DNA from: Candidatus Shapirobacteria bacterium | GTDB taxonomy: Bacteria; Patescibacteriota; Microgenomatia; UBA12405 | NCBI GenBank assembly: GCA_041659325.1 | Contig: JBAZYN010000001.1 | Location: 67,342 to 131,341, forward strand | DNA: 64,000 nt | Direction of reading: 5' to 3' | Part shown: positions 26,776-36,282 of the stretch, piece by piece | How the letters are laid out: the number at the start of each line of letters is the position of its first letter | Numbering within the stretch: the stretch's first letter is position 1 | Notes under the pieces: generated by a model | The model's input: the letters and a program-made list of their open reading frames with translations, nothing else | What the model was told of the DNA's origin: nothing | Databases searched by the model: none | Made by a program: the position numbers and the translations under genes

Positions 26776-27780
26776 ATGGACCTAAAAAGACTACCAAAAA
26801 CTGAATTTGCTGCCGCCGTCGCCCAAATAGCCGGTGAAAGAAATATTGATGTTCAGTCAATTCTGGACTCCATCGAACTGGGATTAGTATTTGCCTATAA
26901 AAGAGACCAAAAAGAACATGGCATTATTATCCCCGAAGAAGATGTTTTTGAGGTAGAACTTTCTCCCGAAAACGGGTCCTTTTCTATTCTGAAAATTGAT
27001 GGCAAGAAAAAAATCAACGTTACCCCTCCCGGCTTTGGTCGTATAGCTGCCCAAACGGCCAAACAAGTTATTGATCAAAAAATTCACGAAGCAGAAAAAG
27101 ATACCCTGATTCTCGAATATGAAAAAAGAATCGGCAATCTTATCCCGGGCACCATTCTAAAAATAGACCCTTACAAGATAGCGGTTGGTATTGGTAAAAC
27201 CGAAGGTGTTTGTCCCAAAGACGAGCAGGTAAGAAACGAAGAAATGATCCTGGGATCCAAAAAGCTTTTCTTTCTTAAAACCATTATCCGAGATGAATCA
27301 GGGCGAAGCGACATTATTTTGTCCCGTCGTGACCCAGGTTTCATTAAACAGCTTTTCGCCCGGGAAGTTCCGGAAGTGGGCAACAAGACTGTCATAATCG
27401 AAAGAATCGCCAGAACTGCCGGTGAGAGAACCAAAATCGCCGTCTCTTCAACCCAACCCGGCATTGATCCCGTTGGTTCATGCATCGGTCAAAACGGATC
27501 ACGGATTCAATCGGTTTTAGGCGAACTTTCATCCAAAGAAAAAGTCGATGTAATTCCGTTCTCTAAAAATCTTAATCAATTCATCATTCAGGCGTTATCG
27601 CCAGCTCAAAATGTCAAAGTATTATCCGTTAAAGACAAAATTGCCGTTGTATCAGTTCCCGAAAACCAACTTGCTCTCGCCATAGGCTCCGGAGGTGAAA
27701 ACGTTCACCTAGCCGGCCAGTTAGTCGAGTTGGAAATTAAAGTAACTCAAAGCGACAATCAGTCTACGGAAAAGGAGTAA
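26776..27780 (+). CDS. nusA: Transcription factor NusA
   Basis: FGRIAAQTAKQ, EVPE, RTKIAV, DPVGSCIG, LAIGSGGENV. Confidence 0.96.
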   Translation: MDLKRLPKTEFAAAVAQIAGERNIDVQSILDSIELGLVFAYKRDQKEHGIIIPEEDVFEVELSPENGSFSILKIDGKKKINVTPPGFGRIAAQTAKQVIDQKIHEAEKDTLILEYEKRIGNLIPGTILKIDPYKIAVGIGKTEGVCPKDEQVRNEEMILGSKKLFFLKTIIRDESGRSDIILSRRDPGFIKQLFAREVPEVGNKTVIIERIARTAGERTKIAVSSTQPGIDPVGSCIGQNGSRIQSVLGELSSKEKVDVIPFSKNLNQFIIQALSPAQNVKVLSVKDKIAVVSVPENQLALAIGSGGENVHLAGQLVELEIKVTQSDNQSTEKE

Positions 27781-27786
27781 TTTCCC

Positions 27787-29235
27787 ATGGACAAAAACCA
27801 CAGCCCTTTCCGACCGCCGATTGTGGTGGTTATGGGTCATATCGACCATGGCAAAACCAGTCTATTAGATAAAATTAGGTCCACCAAAGTTTTCGAAAAA
27901 GAGGTTGGTGGAATTACCCAACATATTGGCGCCTATCAGGTATCTATTGGCCAAAAAGGAAATCAGCCTAATCAAATTACCTTTATTGATACGCCCGGAC
28001 ATGCGGCATTTATCAATATGCGTGCCCGTGGTGCCCAAATTACCGACTTAGTCGTTTTAGTAATCGCTGCCACAGAAGGGGTAAAGATTCAAACCAAAGA
28101 ATGTCTTTCTCTCATTCAAAAAGCCAACCTCCCGTTTATTGTCGCCATGAACAAAATGGACCTCCCGGGAGCCAACCCGGACATGCTCAAGGGTCAACTT
28201 GTCGAATTGGGTTTTACCCCCGAAGAGTACGGTGGCGATATCATGTGCATTCCGGTTTCTGCCAAATCCGGACAGGGGATTGATAAATTGTTGGAAATGA
28301 TTTTACTCCAGGCAGAATTAATGGAGTTAAAAAATGAACCTGATTCACAGCTCGAAGCAGTGATAATCGAATCCAGACTTGACAAAAGTCGTGGTCCTGT
28401 TGCCTCCACCATCGTTCGAAAAGGCACCCTAACTGTGGGAGATGTCATCTATGCCCAGGAAACACCCTGCAAAGTCAAAGCCATGATAAATTACCTCGGT
28501 GAAAATATAAAAACCGCCTATCCCAGCACGCCGATTGAAATCCTGGGTTTTGAAAAAACACCCCAGGTTGGGTCTATCATCACCGCCAATCCGGTCACCT
28601 CTACAAAAATTAATTTTCGCAAACCGGACGTACAAACATCCTCCGACCTTACCTCCCAAAAGGTGCTGCGGCTGCCCATTATTGTAAAAGCCGATGTTGA
28701 AGGGAGTCTGGAGGCCCTTCTTGATAGCTTTTCCGACGATGTGGAAGTGTTATTTTCTGGTGTTGGAGCCATATCAGACAACGATATTTTTTTGGCGCAA
28801 GCTTCAGGTGCTCAGGTGTTTGCATTTAACGTTTCTACCCCAAAGTTCATAAAAAACCTAGCCGAAAACCAAAAGGTAAAAATCCACGAATCAAAAATAA
28901 TTTACGAAATTATTGAAGAAATCCAATCTCAGGTGTTAAAGCTTCTCGAACCGACCATAGACGAGACAATAACTGGTGAAGGTCTAATAAGAGCCGAGTT
29001 TAAAATTGAAAAAGTCAGGATAGCCGGAATGCAGTGTACCAAAGGAGAAATTAAAAAAGGTGACTTAATCCATCTAAAACGAGATGGTGAAATTATCAAA
29101 GATACCAAAGTCGAGGGATTACACCAGGGTAAGTTAGTAGTTGAAAAAGTGAAAGCCGGAAGCGATTGTGGCATCACCTTTAAGCCTTATGTTGATTTTA
29201 AATTAAATGATGTTATAATATCCTATAACAAGTAA
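27787..29235 (+). CDS. infB: Translation initiation factor IF-2 (no N-terminal domain)
   Basis: [41 protein letters not shown]. Confidence 0.96.
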   Translation: MDKNHSPFRPPIVVVMGHIDHGKTSLLDKIRSTKVFEKEVGGITQHIGAYQVSIGQKGNQPNQITFIDTPGHAAFINMRARGAQITDLVVLVIAATEGVKIQTKECLSLIQKANLPFIVAMNKMDLPGANPDMLKGQLVELGFTPEEYGGDIMCIPVSAKSGQGIDKLLEMILLQAELMELKNEPDSQLEAVIIESRLDKSRGPVASTIVRKGTLTVGDVIYAQETPCKVKAMINYLGENIKTAYPSTPIEILGFEKTPQVGSIITANPVTSTKINFRKPDVQTSSDLTSQKVLRLPIIVKADVEGSLEALLDSFSDDVEVLFSGVGAISDNDIFLAQASGAQVFAFNVSTPKFIKNLAENQKVKIHESKIIYEIIEEIQSQVLKLLEPTIDETITGEGLIRAEFKIEKVRIAGMQCTKGEIKKGDLIHLKRDGEIIKDTKVEGLHQGKLVVEKVKAGSDCGITFKPYVDFKLNDVIISYNK

Positions 29236-29276
29236 ACAGCAGGTTAAATGCTGATCTATTTGAAAGCAGGTCAAAT

Positions 29277-30077
29277 ATGAAAAACTATAATGTCTCATAT
29301 ATTAAAGATCTTCTAAACTCGGCCAAGACAGCTTTGATTGTTGTCCCTCAAATCAGTGTTGACAGCGTCGGTTCGGCACTGGCTTTAGCCATAGCCTTAA
29401 AACAGAAAAATATCACCACAAAGGTTTATTCACCTCAAAAGACCGACAATAACTATTCTAAATTAAGTGGTCTGGAACTTTTAACCGACACATTTAGCTC
29501 AAGTGATCTGGTCGTTTCTCTTGATTATCCTTTAGACCAGATAGAACAGGTCTCTTACAACGACGATGGTGGTAGACTTAATTTAGTCGTCAAGACCAAA
29601 GCGAATTCCCCAAAAGTCGAAAACGACAAAATTATTGTCAACAATCAATCGACCGCGGCCGATATCTGCTTTATGCTCGGAGACGAAACTCTGCTTGGAC
29701 CAAACACTAGCATTACCAACAAAGGTAATTGGGTTTTTATATCTCCATCAAACATTGCCAAAAGTTGGGCCAAAGCTAGTTTGATAGACCCTGATGCCCC
29801 ATTTTCAGAAATTTTCACTTTCTTATTGCCGATGTTAGACCTTGCCCTGGATCAGGATTCGGGCAAAAACCTATTAATAGGTCTACGAGTTGCCACTCAG
29901 TCATTTTCTGTCAACGTTTCCCCCGAAACTTTTGAAGCCGGTGCAATTTGTTTAAGAGCTACTCAGCCGGTTAGCAACGGCCCTAATCCTATCGTTAATC
30001 CTACTCCGATTGAATCAGTCGAATCAAAACCTAATCAGTTTCAATCAAACCAACCCTCCACAGTTCCTACGGTATAA
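29277..30077 (+). CDS. Degenerate DHH/NrnA-like phosphoesterase homolog
   Basis: Motif I remnant VDSVGSALALA and LLIGLRVATQSF; position after infB; no DHH triad. Confidence 0.6.
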   Translation: MKNYNVSYIKDLLNSAKTALIVVPQISVDSVGSALALAIALKQKNITTKVYSPQKTDNNYSKLSGLELLTDTFSSSDLVVSLDYPLDQIEQVSYNDDGGRLNLVVKTKANSPKVENDKIIVNNQSTAADICFMLGDETLLGPNTSITNKGNWVFISPSNIAKSWAKASLIDPDAPFSEIFTFLLPMLDLALDQDSGKNLLIGLRVATQSFSVNVSPETFEAGAICLRATQPVSNGPNPIVNPTPIESVESKPNQFQSNQPSTVPTV

Positions 30078-30082
30078 ACTTG

Positions 30083-30168
30083 TGTTATAATAACCCCGTA
30101 ACTATAAGATCGGTTCTTGGGTAGCCATTCCCGGGATATATTTATTTACCGAATATAGCGAAATTTTT
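30083..30168 (+). promoter_or_regulatory. rpsO promoter and 5' leader with stem-loop (candidate S15 autoregulatory leader)
   Basis: TGTTATAAT at about 30083-91, then an about 70-nt leader containing TTCTTGGG-N8-CCCGGGA. Confidence 0.4.
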
Positions 30169-30438
30169 ATGGCATTAAGTGCAGAAGAAAAAAAAGATAT
30201 TATAACTAAATTTTCTCAGGGAAAAGGAGATACCGGCTCACCGGAAATCCAAATTGCCATTCTAACTAAAGAGGTAGAAAAACTCCAATCCCATCTCACC
30301 GATAATAAACATGACTCTCCTGCCAAGCGCGGAATTTTGAGTAAAATCGCCAAACGTAGAAGGATGCTCCGATATCTATCTGAACATAACCCCGACAGAT
30401 ATACCAAAATTACAAAAGAGTTGGGTCTAAAAAAATAA
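30169..30438 (+). CDS. rpsO: 30S ribosomal protein S15
   Basis: DTGSPEIQIAILT, KRRRMLRYL. Confidence 0.98.
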   Translation: MALSAEEKKDIITKFSQGKGDTGSPEIQIAILTKEVEKLQSHLTDNKHDSPAKRGILSKIAKRRRMLRYLSEHNPDRYTKITKELGLKK

Positions 30439-30498
30439 TCCGTCTTTCCTGTATTCCGGGCATTCGGTTTTAATCTATAATAAATATATATAATTTTA

Positions 30499-32700
30499 TT
30501 GAACATGCAAAAAAATATCCAAGAAATCACCATTGGTGACAAAGTTATTACTTTAGAAACAGGCGTATTAGCCCCTCAAACCAATGCTTCAGTTTTAGCC
30601 ACCTTTGACAAAACCGTTGTCTTAGCTACGGTTGTAATGGGCAAGGAAGATCTGTCAAAAGATTATTTCCCTCTATCGGTAGAATTTTCCGACAAACTAT
30701 ATGCCGGTGGTTTGATTAAAGGAGGAAAGTGGATAAAAAGAGAGATGGGTCCATCGGATTCAGCTATACTTTTTGGTCGTATTATCGATCGCTCGGTCAG
30801 ACCACTATTTCCTGTAGGTTTCCAAAATGAAGTTCAAATTATTGTTACCATTTTAAGCAACGACAAGGAAAATGACGTCGTCATCACTGCCTTTACCGCT
30901 GTTTCTGCTGCTTTGGCCATTTCCGATATTCCCTTCAAATCAGCAGTTTCAGCCGTCAGAATCGGACTAATCGACGGAAAGTTGTCGGTAATGCCCCCGA
31001 TTAGTGAAATGATCAAATCAAAAATGGACCTCCTGGTCTGTACTGGTCCATCGGGCATTAATATGATAGAAAATGCCACTGATATCGTCGACAACGAAAT
31101 TGTCTTATCAGGGATAGAATTAGCCCAAAAAACCTCAGAAAATATTAACCGGGCGATCAATGAATTTGCTTCCAAATGTGGCAAGAAAAAAATTGAATTT
31201 GTTTCTGCTTTACCATCAGATGTATTACTGTCCGAGGTAGAAAGATTGATCCAAAAAGATATTGCCGAATTTCTTGCAAGCGGTGCCGATGGAAAACATA
31301 CTCACGACGAGGAAATAATTATCGAAAAGGTCAAACTCGCTTATGCCGAAAGAATCAAGTCTGAGGAAGTTACGGAAACAATGGTTATTTCTGCGTCCAA
31401 TATTCTTATCCGAAAATACTTTAGGCAAGCCACTTTGGCCGGCCAAAGGTATGACAAAAGAAAAATGGATGAAGTTCGCCCGTTAGAAATTCAAGCGGGT
31501 GTTTTGCCCTGTACCCACGGGTCTGCTCTTTTCCAAAGGGGATTAACCCAGGCGCTGACTATCACTACCCTTGGTCCCCTGACCGACCGACAATACCTTC
31601 AGGACTCATCGGGTGAAACCACCAAAAGATACATTCATTACTATTCGGCCGGCCCTTACTCCACTGGCCAAACCGGTAGACTCGGTCGTCCCGGCAGAAG
31701 AGAAATCGGTCATGGAGCCTTAGCCGAAAAAGCCTTAATGCCTGTTATCCCGTCCGAAGAAGAATTTCCATATACAATTGCCCTGACTTCCGAGGTCCTA
31801 TCCCAAAATGGTTCTTCTTCTATGGCTTCTACCTGTGGCTCTACTATGAGCTTAATGGACGCCGGAGTTCCCATAAAAGATCTGGTTGCCGGAATTTCGG
31901 TCGGAATGGTTTCAGACGATAGTGGGAAATATGTCCTCCTTACCGATATTGCCGGGGTAGAAGACCACAATGGCGACATGGATTTCAAAATCACCGGAAC
32001 CAAAACCGGAATTACCGCTATTCAGCTCGATATCAAAAGTGAAGGTTTGACCATGGAAATGATCAAGGAAACTTTTGTTGCCAGTACCAAGGCCAGGCTC
32101 CAAATTTTAGCCAAAATGGAATCGGTCCTGTCAGCCCCCCGAAAATCGCTCTCTGTTTTTGCTCCCAAAATCAAACTGATTAAACTTCCCGAAGATAAAA
32201 TCGGTGAAGTTATCGGTAGCGGTGGGAAAACTATCAAGAGCCTAATGGCAAAATACGGAGTTCAGATCGACATTGATGATTTCGGCGGTGCCTCAATTTC
32301 TTCTGCCGATTCCAAAAAGGTCGACGAGGCTGTATACGAAATCGAGTCAATGGTTAGGGATGTTCAAATGGGGGAAGAATTTGACGGTGTTGTTACCAGA
32401 GTTGAAAATTACGGTGCCTTTGTGGAGTTTTTACCGGGTCGAGAAGCCCTGCTTCATGTTTCCGAAATGACTGGCGGGTTTTTATCCGACCCATCATCGA
32501 TTATAAAAATTGGCGACAAATTACACGTTAGAGTGTCAGGATACAACGACAACCATCAGCTGAAACTTTCTGCCCCAGAATTTAAACAAGCCCATATGGG
32601 CGACGGCTCATCCGAAAGACCTCAGAGACCGGCCTTTGATCAAAATCGCGGATTTGGCAAGTTTAATCAGGGTTTTCGGCCCACCGACCGTCGTCGCTGA
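30499..32700 (+). CDS. pnp: Polyribonucleotide nucleotidyltransferase
   Basis: RIIDRSVRPLFP, RREIGHG, NGSSSMASTC, GDMDFK, KH and S1 domains; start TTG 30499 or ATG 30505. Confidence 0.97.
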   Translation: MNMQKNIQEITIGDKVITLETGVLAPQTNASVLATFDKTVVLATVVMGKEDLSKDYFPLSVEFSDKLYAGGLIKGGKWIKREMGPSDSAILFGRIIDRSVRPLFPVGFQNEVQIIVTILSNDKENDVVITAFTAVSAALAISDIPFKSAVSAVRIGLIDGKLSVMPPISEMIKSKMDLLVCTGPSGINMIENATDIVDNEIVLSGIELAQKTSENINRAINEFASKCGKKKIEFVSALPSDVLLSEVERLIQKDIAEFLASGADGKHTHDEEIIIEKVKLAYAERIKSEEVTETMVISASNILIRKYFRQATLAGQRYDKRKMDEVRPLEIQAGVLPCTHGSALFQRGLTQALTITTLGPLTDRQYLQDSSGETTKRYIHYYSAGPYSTGQTGRLGRPGRREIGHGALAEKALMPVIPSEEEFPYTIALTSEVLSQNGSSSMASTCGSTMSLMDAGVPIKDLVAGISVGMVSDDSGKYVLLTDIAGVEDHNGDMDFKITGTKTGITAIQLDIKSEGLTMEMIKETFVASTKARLQILAKMESVLSAPRKSLSVFAPKIKLIKLPEDKIGEVIGSGGKTIKSLMAKYGVQIDIDDFGGASISSADSKKVDEAVYEIESMVRDVQMGEEFDGVVTRVENYGAFVEFLPGREALLHVSEMTGGFLSDPSSIIKIGDKLHVRVSGYNDNHQLKLSAPEFKQAHMGDGSSERPQRPAFDQNRGFGKFNQGFRPTDRRR

Positions 32701-32716
32701 TGTATACTGATATTTG

Positions 32717-33778
32717 ATGGATCAAGAAAATCTCTCTTCGCAGGAAGCCATAACTAAACTGATTGAAAAAACTCAATCAGTCAGTCTTCCCGATGGGTTA
32801 AAAGAAAATTTATCTGATCTTTTTAATCAGCTAAAAATCAATTCACGATCAGAAGAAACTTTTTGGCAGTTTTATCAAAACGCCTCCAAGTATGTTGATT
32901 GGATCATCAGGCTGCCCTGGGAAACATCAAGCCAGGATATCTTGGATCTTGACTATGCCAAGGAAAAGCTCGATGCCGGTCACTTCGGCCTTGATTCGGT
33001 CAAAGAAAGAATTATCGAATATGTTTCCGTTCTGGCACTTCAAAAACACCGTACTCCCAACGAAAAACTCCGGGCTCCGATTTTGCTTTTCCAAGGCTTA
33101 GTCGGTACCGGAAAAACCACTATGGCCACCTCCATTTCCGAAGTCCTGGGTCGACATCTGATCCGTATTCCTTTTGGTGGACTTGGGGATCCCCTGTATT
33201 TACGCGGACAATCCCGAGTTTATTCCGAAGCCGAGCCGGGAGCAATTATTCGCGGATTAGCTGAAGCAAAAACCAACAATCCGGTGATTTTGTTGGATGA
33301 AATTGACCGGGCTTCAGACGATGCCCTCAATACCATAATGGGTGTTTTGGTAGAGTTACTGGATCCCGAACAAAACTCCCGCTTTACTGACCACTATATT
33401 GATTACCCCTTCGATCTGTCTCAGGCATTTTTTGTCGCTACCTGCAACAATACCTCCCGGATCGCCACCGCTGTATTGGACCGTCTTGAAGTGATTCAGA
33501 TGCCCTCTTACACCGATGAAGAGAAAATTGCCATTGGTAGAGATTATTTATTCCCCAAAGCTTTAAAGGAATCCGGATTAACCGGTAATGAGTTAACTAT
33601 TTCGCAGGATGTTTGGCTTCAGATTGTTCGACCCCTTGGCTTTGACGCCGGTGTCAGAACTCTAAAGAGGAACATAGAAGGTTTATGCCGCAAATCGGCA
33701 AAATTAATTTTTGAGGGTCGGACCAGACAGGTTGTGGTTGATGTTTCAAACATCAAACAATTTGTCCCTCAGTGGTAA
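32717..33778 (+). CDS. Lon-like AAA+ ATPase lacking the N-domain and protease domain
   Basis: LPW, HFGLDSVKERIIEY, GLVGTGKT, LLDEID, LLDPEQN..F.DHY, LDRLEVI, AGVRTL; ends before the Ser-Lys domain. Confidence 0.85.
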   Translation: MDQENLSSQEAITKLIEKTQSVSLPDGLKENLSDLFNQLKINSRSEETFWQFYQNASKYVDWIIRLPWETSSQDILDLDYAKEKLDAGHFGLDSVKERIIEYVSVLALQKHRTPNEKLRAPILLFQGLVGTGKTTMATSISEVLGRHLIRIPFGGLGDPLYLRGQSRVYSEAEPGAIIRGLAEAKTNNPVILLDEIDRASDDALNTIMGVLVELLDPEQNSRFTDHYIDYPFDLSQAFFVATCNNTSRIATAVLDRLEVIQMPSYTDEEKIAIGRDYLFPKALKESGLTGNELTISQDVWLQIVRPLGFDAGVRTLKRNIEGLCRKSAKLIFEGRTRQVVVDVSNIKQFVPQW

Positions 33779-33784
33779 AGAAAA

Positions 33785-33925
33785 ATGACAGAAACTAATC
33801 ACCTAAAAATTGATAGTCTCAGCTATATAAAACCATCGTTTGTTTTATCATTGATAATCTTGTCACTTGCCTTTGTAATATTACTAATCACCCTTAGCAA
33901 TTCAATCCCCAGGATAAATCCATAG
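33785..33925 (+). CDS. Small single-TM protein (46 aa; not in the ORF track)
   Basis: MTETNHLKIDSLSYIKPSFVLSLIILSLAFVILLITLSNSIPRINP; fills the gap with 6-nt and 3-nt spacers. Confidence 0.6.
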   Translation: MTETNHLKIDSLSYIKPSFVLSLIILSLAFVILLITLSNSIPRINP

Positions 33926-33928
33926 CTT

Positions 33929-34507
33929 ATGCCGGCTTCTAATCTTCAAAAGCTTCAATACCTCAACAAGCTTATTTCCGAATGTACCAAATGTCCCCTG
34001 ATTAAAACTGCAACCAATCACGTTCCCGGCTCCGGAAATCCTGAAGCAGAAATTATGATTATCGGCGAAGCCCCGGGTTTTTTTGAAGATCAAAAAGGAT
34101 TGCCTTTTGTTGGTAATTCAGGAAAACTGTTGGACAAATTATTATTATCAATCAAACTCCTCAGGTCGGAAGTATTTATTGCCAATATTCTAAAACACCG
34201 CCCTCCGGAAAACAGGCCGCCGCTGCCCGAAGAAATAAAAGTGTGCACGCCTTATCTAAAGGCACAAATACAAATTATCAAACCAAAAATTATTATTACT
34301 CTGGGTCGATTTGCCATGAATTATTTTTTTCCTCTAGAATCTATTTCCAGAGTCCGTGGCCAAGTCAAAAAAATCAAATGGCAGGGGCTTGATCTCACCA
34401 TCATTCCTGTCTATCATCCTTCCGCTGGCCTTCGCAATGGTGCCATGCTCGAGGCGCTGCAAACTGATTTTAAATCTATAGGTAAATTTTTAGGTAAAAC
34501 AAATTAA
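33929..34507 (+). CDS. Uracil-DNA glycosylase family 4
   Basis: CTKCPL, GEAPG, PFVG.SG, HRPPENRPP, YHPSA. Confidence 0.95.
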   Translation: MPASNLQKLQYLNKLISECTKCPLIKTATNHVPGSGNPEAEIMIIGEAPGFFEDQKGLPFVGNSGKLLDKLLLSIKLLRSEVFIANILKHRPPENRPPLPEEIKVCTPYLKAQIQIIKPKIIITLGRFAMNYFFPLESISRVRGQVKKIKWQGLDLTIIPVYHPSAGLRNGAMLEALQTDFKSIGKFLGKTN

Positions 34508-34514
34508 AAAATAT

Positions 34515-36275
34515 ATGGAAAAAAATAAAGTTTATACACAACGTCCCCAGTCTACTTTTAGCAAAGCTCAAAGTCAGGTTAGGGAATTTAAAAAAAATTA
34601 TGATTCGGTCAGAATCTGTTCACTTGGAGGTTTCGGAGATGTTACTTCCAACATGTTCGTTTACGAATTTATTCCAAATGGCGACTTTTCAAAAAGCCAA
34701 ATTATTATCGTTGATTGTGGAGTTGGTTTTCCGGAAGAAGACACCTTTGGAGTAGATCTACAGATCCCCGATACTCACTATCTCCAGGACAAAAAAGATC
34801 GTATATTGGGAATTTTTATCACCCATGGCCACGAAGATCATATCGGAGCTATCAGGTTTATTCTAAATATTCTAGGGCAGCAAATTCCGATTTTTGCTCC
34901 GAAGTTAGCCGCCTCGTTTATTGAGGCCAAGCTATCAGAGGTTAGTATTCGGGCAAATATTCAAATCTATGACAATATCCACCCGATTACCCGCGGTCCG
35001 TTTACCGTCGATCCGATTAGGGTAACTCATTCCATCCCCGACACTTTCCACCTTGCAATACAAACTCCAATCGGGATTTTCTATCACGGTTCTGATTTCA
35101 AGTTTGATCTATTCCCTTTAGACAACAAACCCTCCGATTTAAGGCATATCGCCCGAGTTGGGGAAAAAGGTGTACTGTGTTTATTATCAGACTGTTTGGG
35201 CTCCGACCACGAAGGATTTTCTCCCTCAGAATCATCTATTGCCGAAAATTTCAAAAGAGAAATAACAAACGCCAAAGGCCGGGTCTTTGTCACCTCGATT
35301 TCCAGTAACATTATTCGTTGGAGCCAGGCGATTGAATACGCCAAAGGCGTTGGCAGAAAAATATGTATCGTCGGAATGTCAGTCGACAAAGCCATAAATA
35401 TTGCCAAGGATTTAGGTTATATAAAACTACTCGATTCGGATATTATCCAAGTTGACCGGGTAAAAAACTTTGCCGACAACAAACTAATCTATCTGGTTGC
35501 CGGTTTTGCCGGCCAACCTGAATCGGCGTTAAGCAAAATGATTATGGGTAAGCATCGGGTAAAAATCAAATCCGGCGATAAAGTAATTTTTTCGTCTCCT
35601 GATTATATCCCCGGTACGACTTCAAACATAAACAATATGATTGATACTCTCTCAAAACTAGGGGCCGAGGTCACCTATGGCGAAAAAGAGGAGCTGCACG
35701 TTTCCGGTCATGCCTATCAAAAAGAACATGCCCTGCTGATTGACCTTGTTAATCCGAAATATCTCCTGCCTATTGGCGGTAATTACCGGCATATAAAAAG
35801 TTACCACACGATGGCTAAAAAACTTGGATATACCGATGACCAACTTGTGAACCCCGATTTTGATTCAGCAGTAACTTTTAACGGCAACCGTGGCTTTGAT
35901 ACAAATTACCATCTGGCCCTGAGAAAAGTTTTAATAGATGGGTTTGGTATTGGTGATGTGGGAGTAACGGTCTTACGGGACAGAAAACTTCTGGCCGAAG
36001 ACGGTATGTTTACCGTTGTGATGCTTGTCAATCTGGTTTCGGGCGAGATGTTAAAAGAACCGGTTATTCTAAGTCGAGGCTTTGTCTTTATGAAAGAAAA
36101 TACCGATCTTATAAACTATTTAAAACAGGAAGTGATCAACCACTTTAAACAAGTTACCAGTAAACCGGCCAATTTCGAGTATATCCGCGAACAAATCCAG
36201 GGCCATATCGAGCAGGTAATCTATGACAAAACCGGCCGTCAACCTATGGTTCTACCGCTAGTGATTGAAGTATAA
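34515..36275 (+). CDS. rnj: Ribonuclease J
   Basis: THGHEDHIG, HSIPD, SDFKFD, HVSGHA, LRDRKLLAEDG, RQPMVLP. Confidence 0.96.
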   Translation: MEKNKVYTQRPQSTFSKAQSQVREFKKNYDSVRICSLGGFGDVTSNMFVYEFIPNGDFSKSQIIIVDCGVGFPEEDTFGVDLQIPDTHYLQDKKDRILGIFITHGHEDHIGAIRFILNILGQQIPIFAPKLAASFIEAKLSEVSIRANIQIYDNIHPITRGPFTVDPIRVTHSIPDTFHLAIQTPIGIFYHGSDFKFDLFPLDNKPSDLRHIARVGEKGVLCLLSDCLGSDHEGFSPSESSIAENFKREITNAKGRVFVTSISSNIIRWSQAIEYAKGVGRKICIVGMSVDKAINIAKDLGYIKLLDSDIIQVDRVKNFADNKLIYLVAGFAGQPESALSKMIMGKHRVKIKSGDKVIFSSPDYIPGTTSNINNMIDTLSKLGAEVTYGEKEELHVSGHAYQKEHALLIDLVNPKYLLPIGGNYRHIKSYHTMAKKLGYTDDQLVNPDFDSAVTFNGNRGFDTNYHLALRKVLIDGFGIGDVGVTVLRDRKLLAEDGMFTVVMLVNLVSGEMLKEPVILSRGFVFMKENTDLINYLKQEVINHFKQVTSKPANFEYIREQIQGHIEQVIYDKTGRQPMVLPLVIEV

Positions 36276-36282
36276 TACCTTC

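Noticed and set aside
33779-33928. Frameshifted remainder of the Lon protease domain
   Set aside because: Too short, with no PKDGPSAG-like motif; reads instead as a TM micropeptide.
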